64,000 bases of DNA. Origin: Eutreptiella sp. 'Long Island Sound 2002' (lineage: Eukaryota > Protista > Euglenida). How positions within the stretch are numbered: the stretch's first letter is position 1; every line of letters begins with the position of its first letter. Position numbers and translations under genes: made by a program. Location: the NCBI GenBank assembly GCA_964036045.1, contig OZ038378.1, forward strand, positions 82,646,001-82,710,000. Reading direction: 5' to 3'. The notes under the pieces were generated by a model. That model searched no databases and had not been told where the DNA came from. It worked only from the letters and a program-made list of their open reading frames with translations. Of this stretch, positions 62,952-64,000 are shown piece by piece.

Positions 62952-63496
62952 TATGTGTGTTGCCTGATCTGGAAACAGATGGTGCCTCAGATTTTTTAGG
63001 TTGAAATTCTGGTTCAGAATCCGACCCCAGCTCTGGTTCAGACTACAAGTGATGAGCGCCAAATCTTTGCACCGGTTTTCATCGCATTGCATGTCATTTG
63101 GGGCCAACCACAAGGAGCAGGGTCCCCATTCTCTGACGCCCCCCCCCCCCCCCTACGCCCTGGCCCAAATCCCCCCTCCCCTCTACATCGGATGGGGTGG
63201 TGAGCACCTTCCACACTTCACTGTCATGGGAACGAGTGAATATGACGCATGGCCGGCGCCGGCATGGGAGGGGCATGAAGGGGCAGAAGCAGCACTTGTG
63301 CAGAGACATAGCCGTCCCATACCACCTCTTTAAAACCCATTGCCGCAGCGGCTTGGGACAAGCAACACAAACACTTTCCACCGGAAACCCCACACCAGTG
63401 CGTACACCCGGAGGTACCAACGGGCACACCGACTGAGTCTCTCCCATTCTGCGCCATTCCAGCGGTGATGGAATGGGGTCCTGGCCCTTTCCGCAG

Positions 63497-63973
63497 GTGC
63501 TACTGGCCGCACAGCAGTCCATCAAGGCCGTGCCGGTCGCCGGGCTCGGGGACCCCATCCTCCCGCTGGACCCTGCGATGTTTGTGGGGTACGACGTTGT
63601 GCGCCACAAGTGCCAGCAGCTCGTGCAGTGGTTTGCGGCCCAGGCCGGGGGTGGCGCCGGGTCTGCGACCTCCAACCGGCAGCAACTGATCCACAACGTG
63701 TCCTCCTCCAGCGGCATCCTCTTGTACGGGCCCTCGGGCTGCGGCAAGTCCTACTTGACCCGCGCCCTCGCCGGCGGCACCGACTGCACGTGGGTCTCCC
63801 TCAAGGGCAGCAGCGTGCTCTCGAAGTACGTGGGGGAGGCGGAGCGCGTGCTGCGCACCACGTTCCGCTGCGCGGCCGCCATCGCGCCTTGCGTCCTTGT
63901 GATCGACGAGATCGACGCGCTGACACGCAGCCGGCGGCTGGCGGCGGAGGAGGACGGGGGCACGAGCCGGCAG
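63497..63973 (+). CDS. Exon of the same double AAA+ ATPase: D2 Walker A/B region
   Basis: Acceptor CCCTTTCCGCAG|GTG. GILLYGPSGCGKS (Walker A at 63728-63751), SKYVGEAERVLR, APCVLVIDEIDAL (Walker B at ~63893-63910). No stop codons. Probable donor CAG|GTGCTG at 63973/63974, though the 3' boundary is less certain. Confidence 0.9.
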
Positions 63974-64000
63974 GTGCTGTGGGGATGTTGGGGGGGGCGG

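Noticed and set aside
63248-63300. HDV-like ribozyme suggested by GGCCGGC...ATGG
   Set aside because: The nested double-pseudoknot pairings could not be built by eye; needs an RNArobo or Infernal search.
1-64000. Assigning the organism (e.g. a euglenozoan or other large-genome protist)
   Set aside because: Giant GT-AG introns and 2A-bearing LINEs are compatible with that, but there is no diagnostic marker (rRNA, spliced leader) in the window.

Overview
Repeat-dominated, GC-rich eukaryotic window with no prokaryotic-style genes, RNA genes or CRISPR array. The only host coding sequence I can support is two GT-AG exons (38185-38448 and 63497-63973, + strand) of a CDC48/AFG2(SPATA5)/PEX1-type double AAA+ ATPase. 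They splice in frame across a ~25 kb intron, so most or all of the window is probably intronic. The rest is: (i) decayed APE-RT non-LTR retrotransposons (copy A from 1 to ~8775, a 5.6-kb tandem duplicate of its 3' part, and near-full-length copy B at ~24971-36265), whose ORF2 has a 2A-like 'GDVHPxPGP' motif just before the endonuclease; (ii) three abutting, apparently related satellites (C-rich ~20-mer, self-complementary ~52-mer, G-rich 10-mer) in a block that seems to split LINE A; (iii) a decayed P-superfamily-like transposase with a divergent unknown ORF; (iv) three TA-flanked TIR elements, one carrying a SAM-domain ORF; (v) a nested ~1-kb insertion with a (AACC)n tail; (vi) further complex tandem repeats. 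All protein assignments come from motif recognition by eye, not database searches, and most repeat boundaries are approximate.
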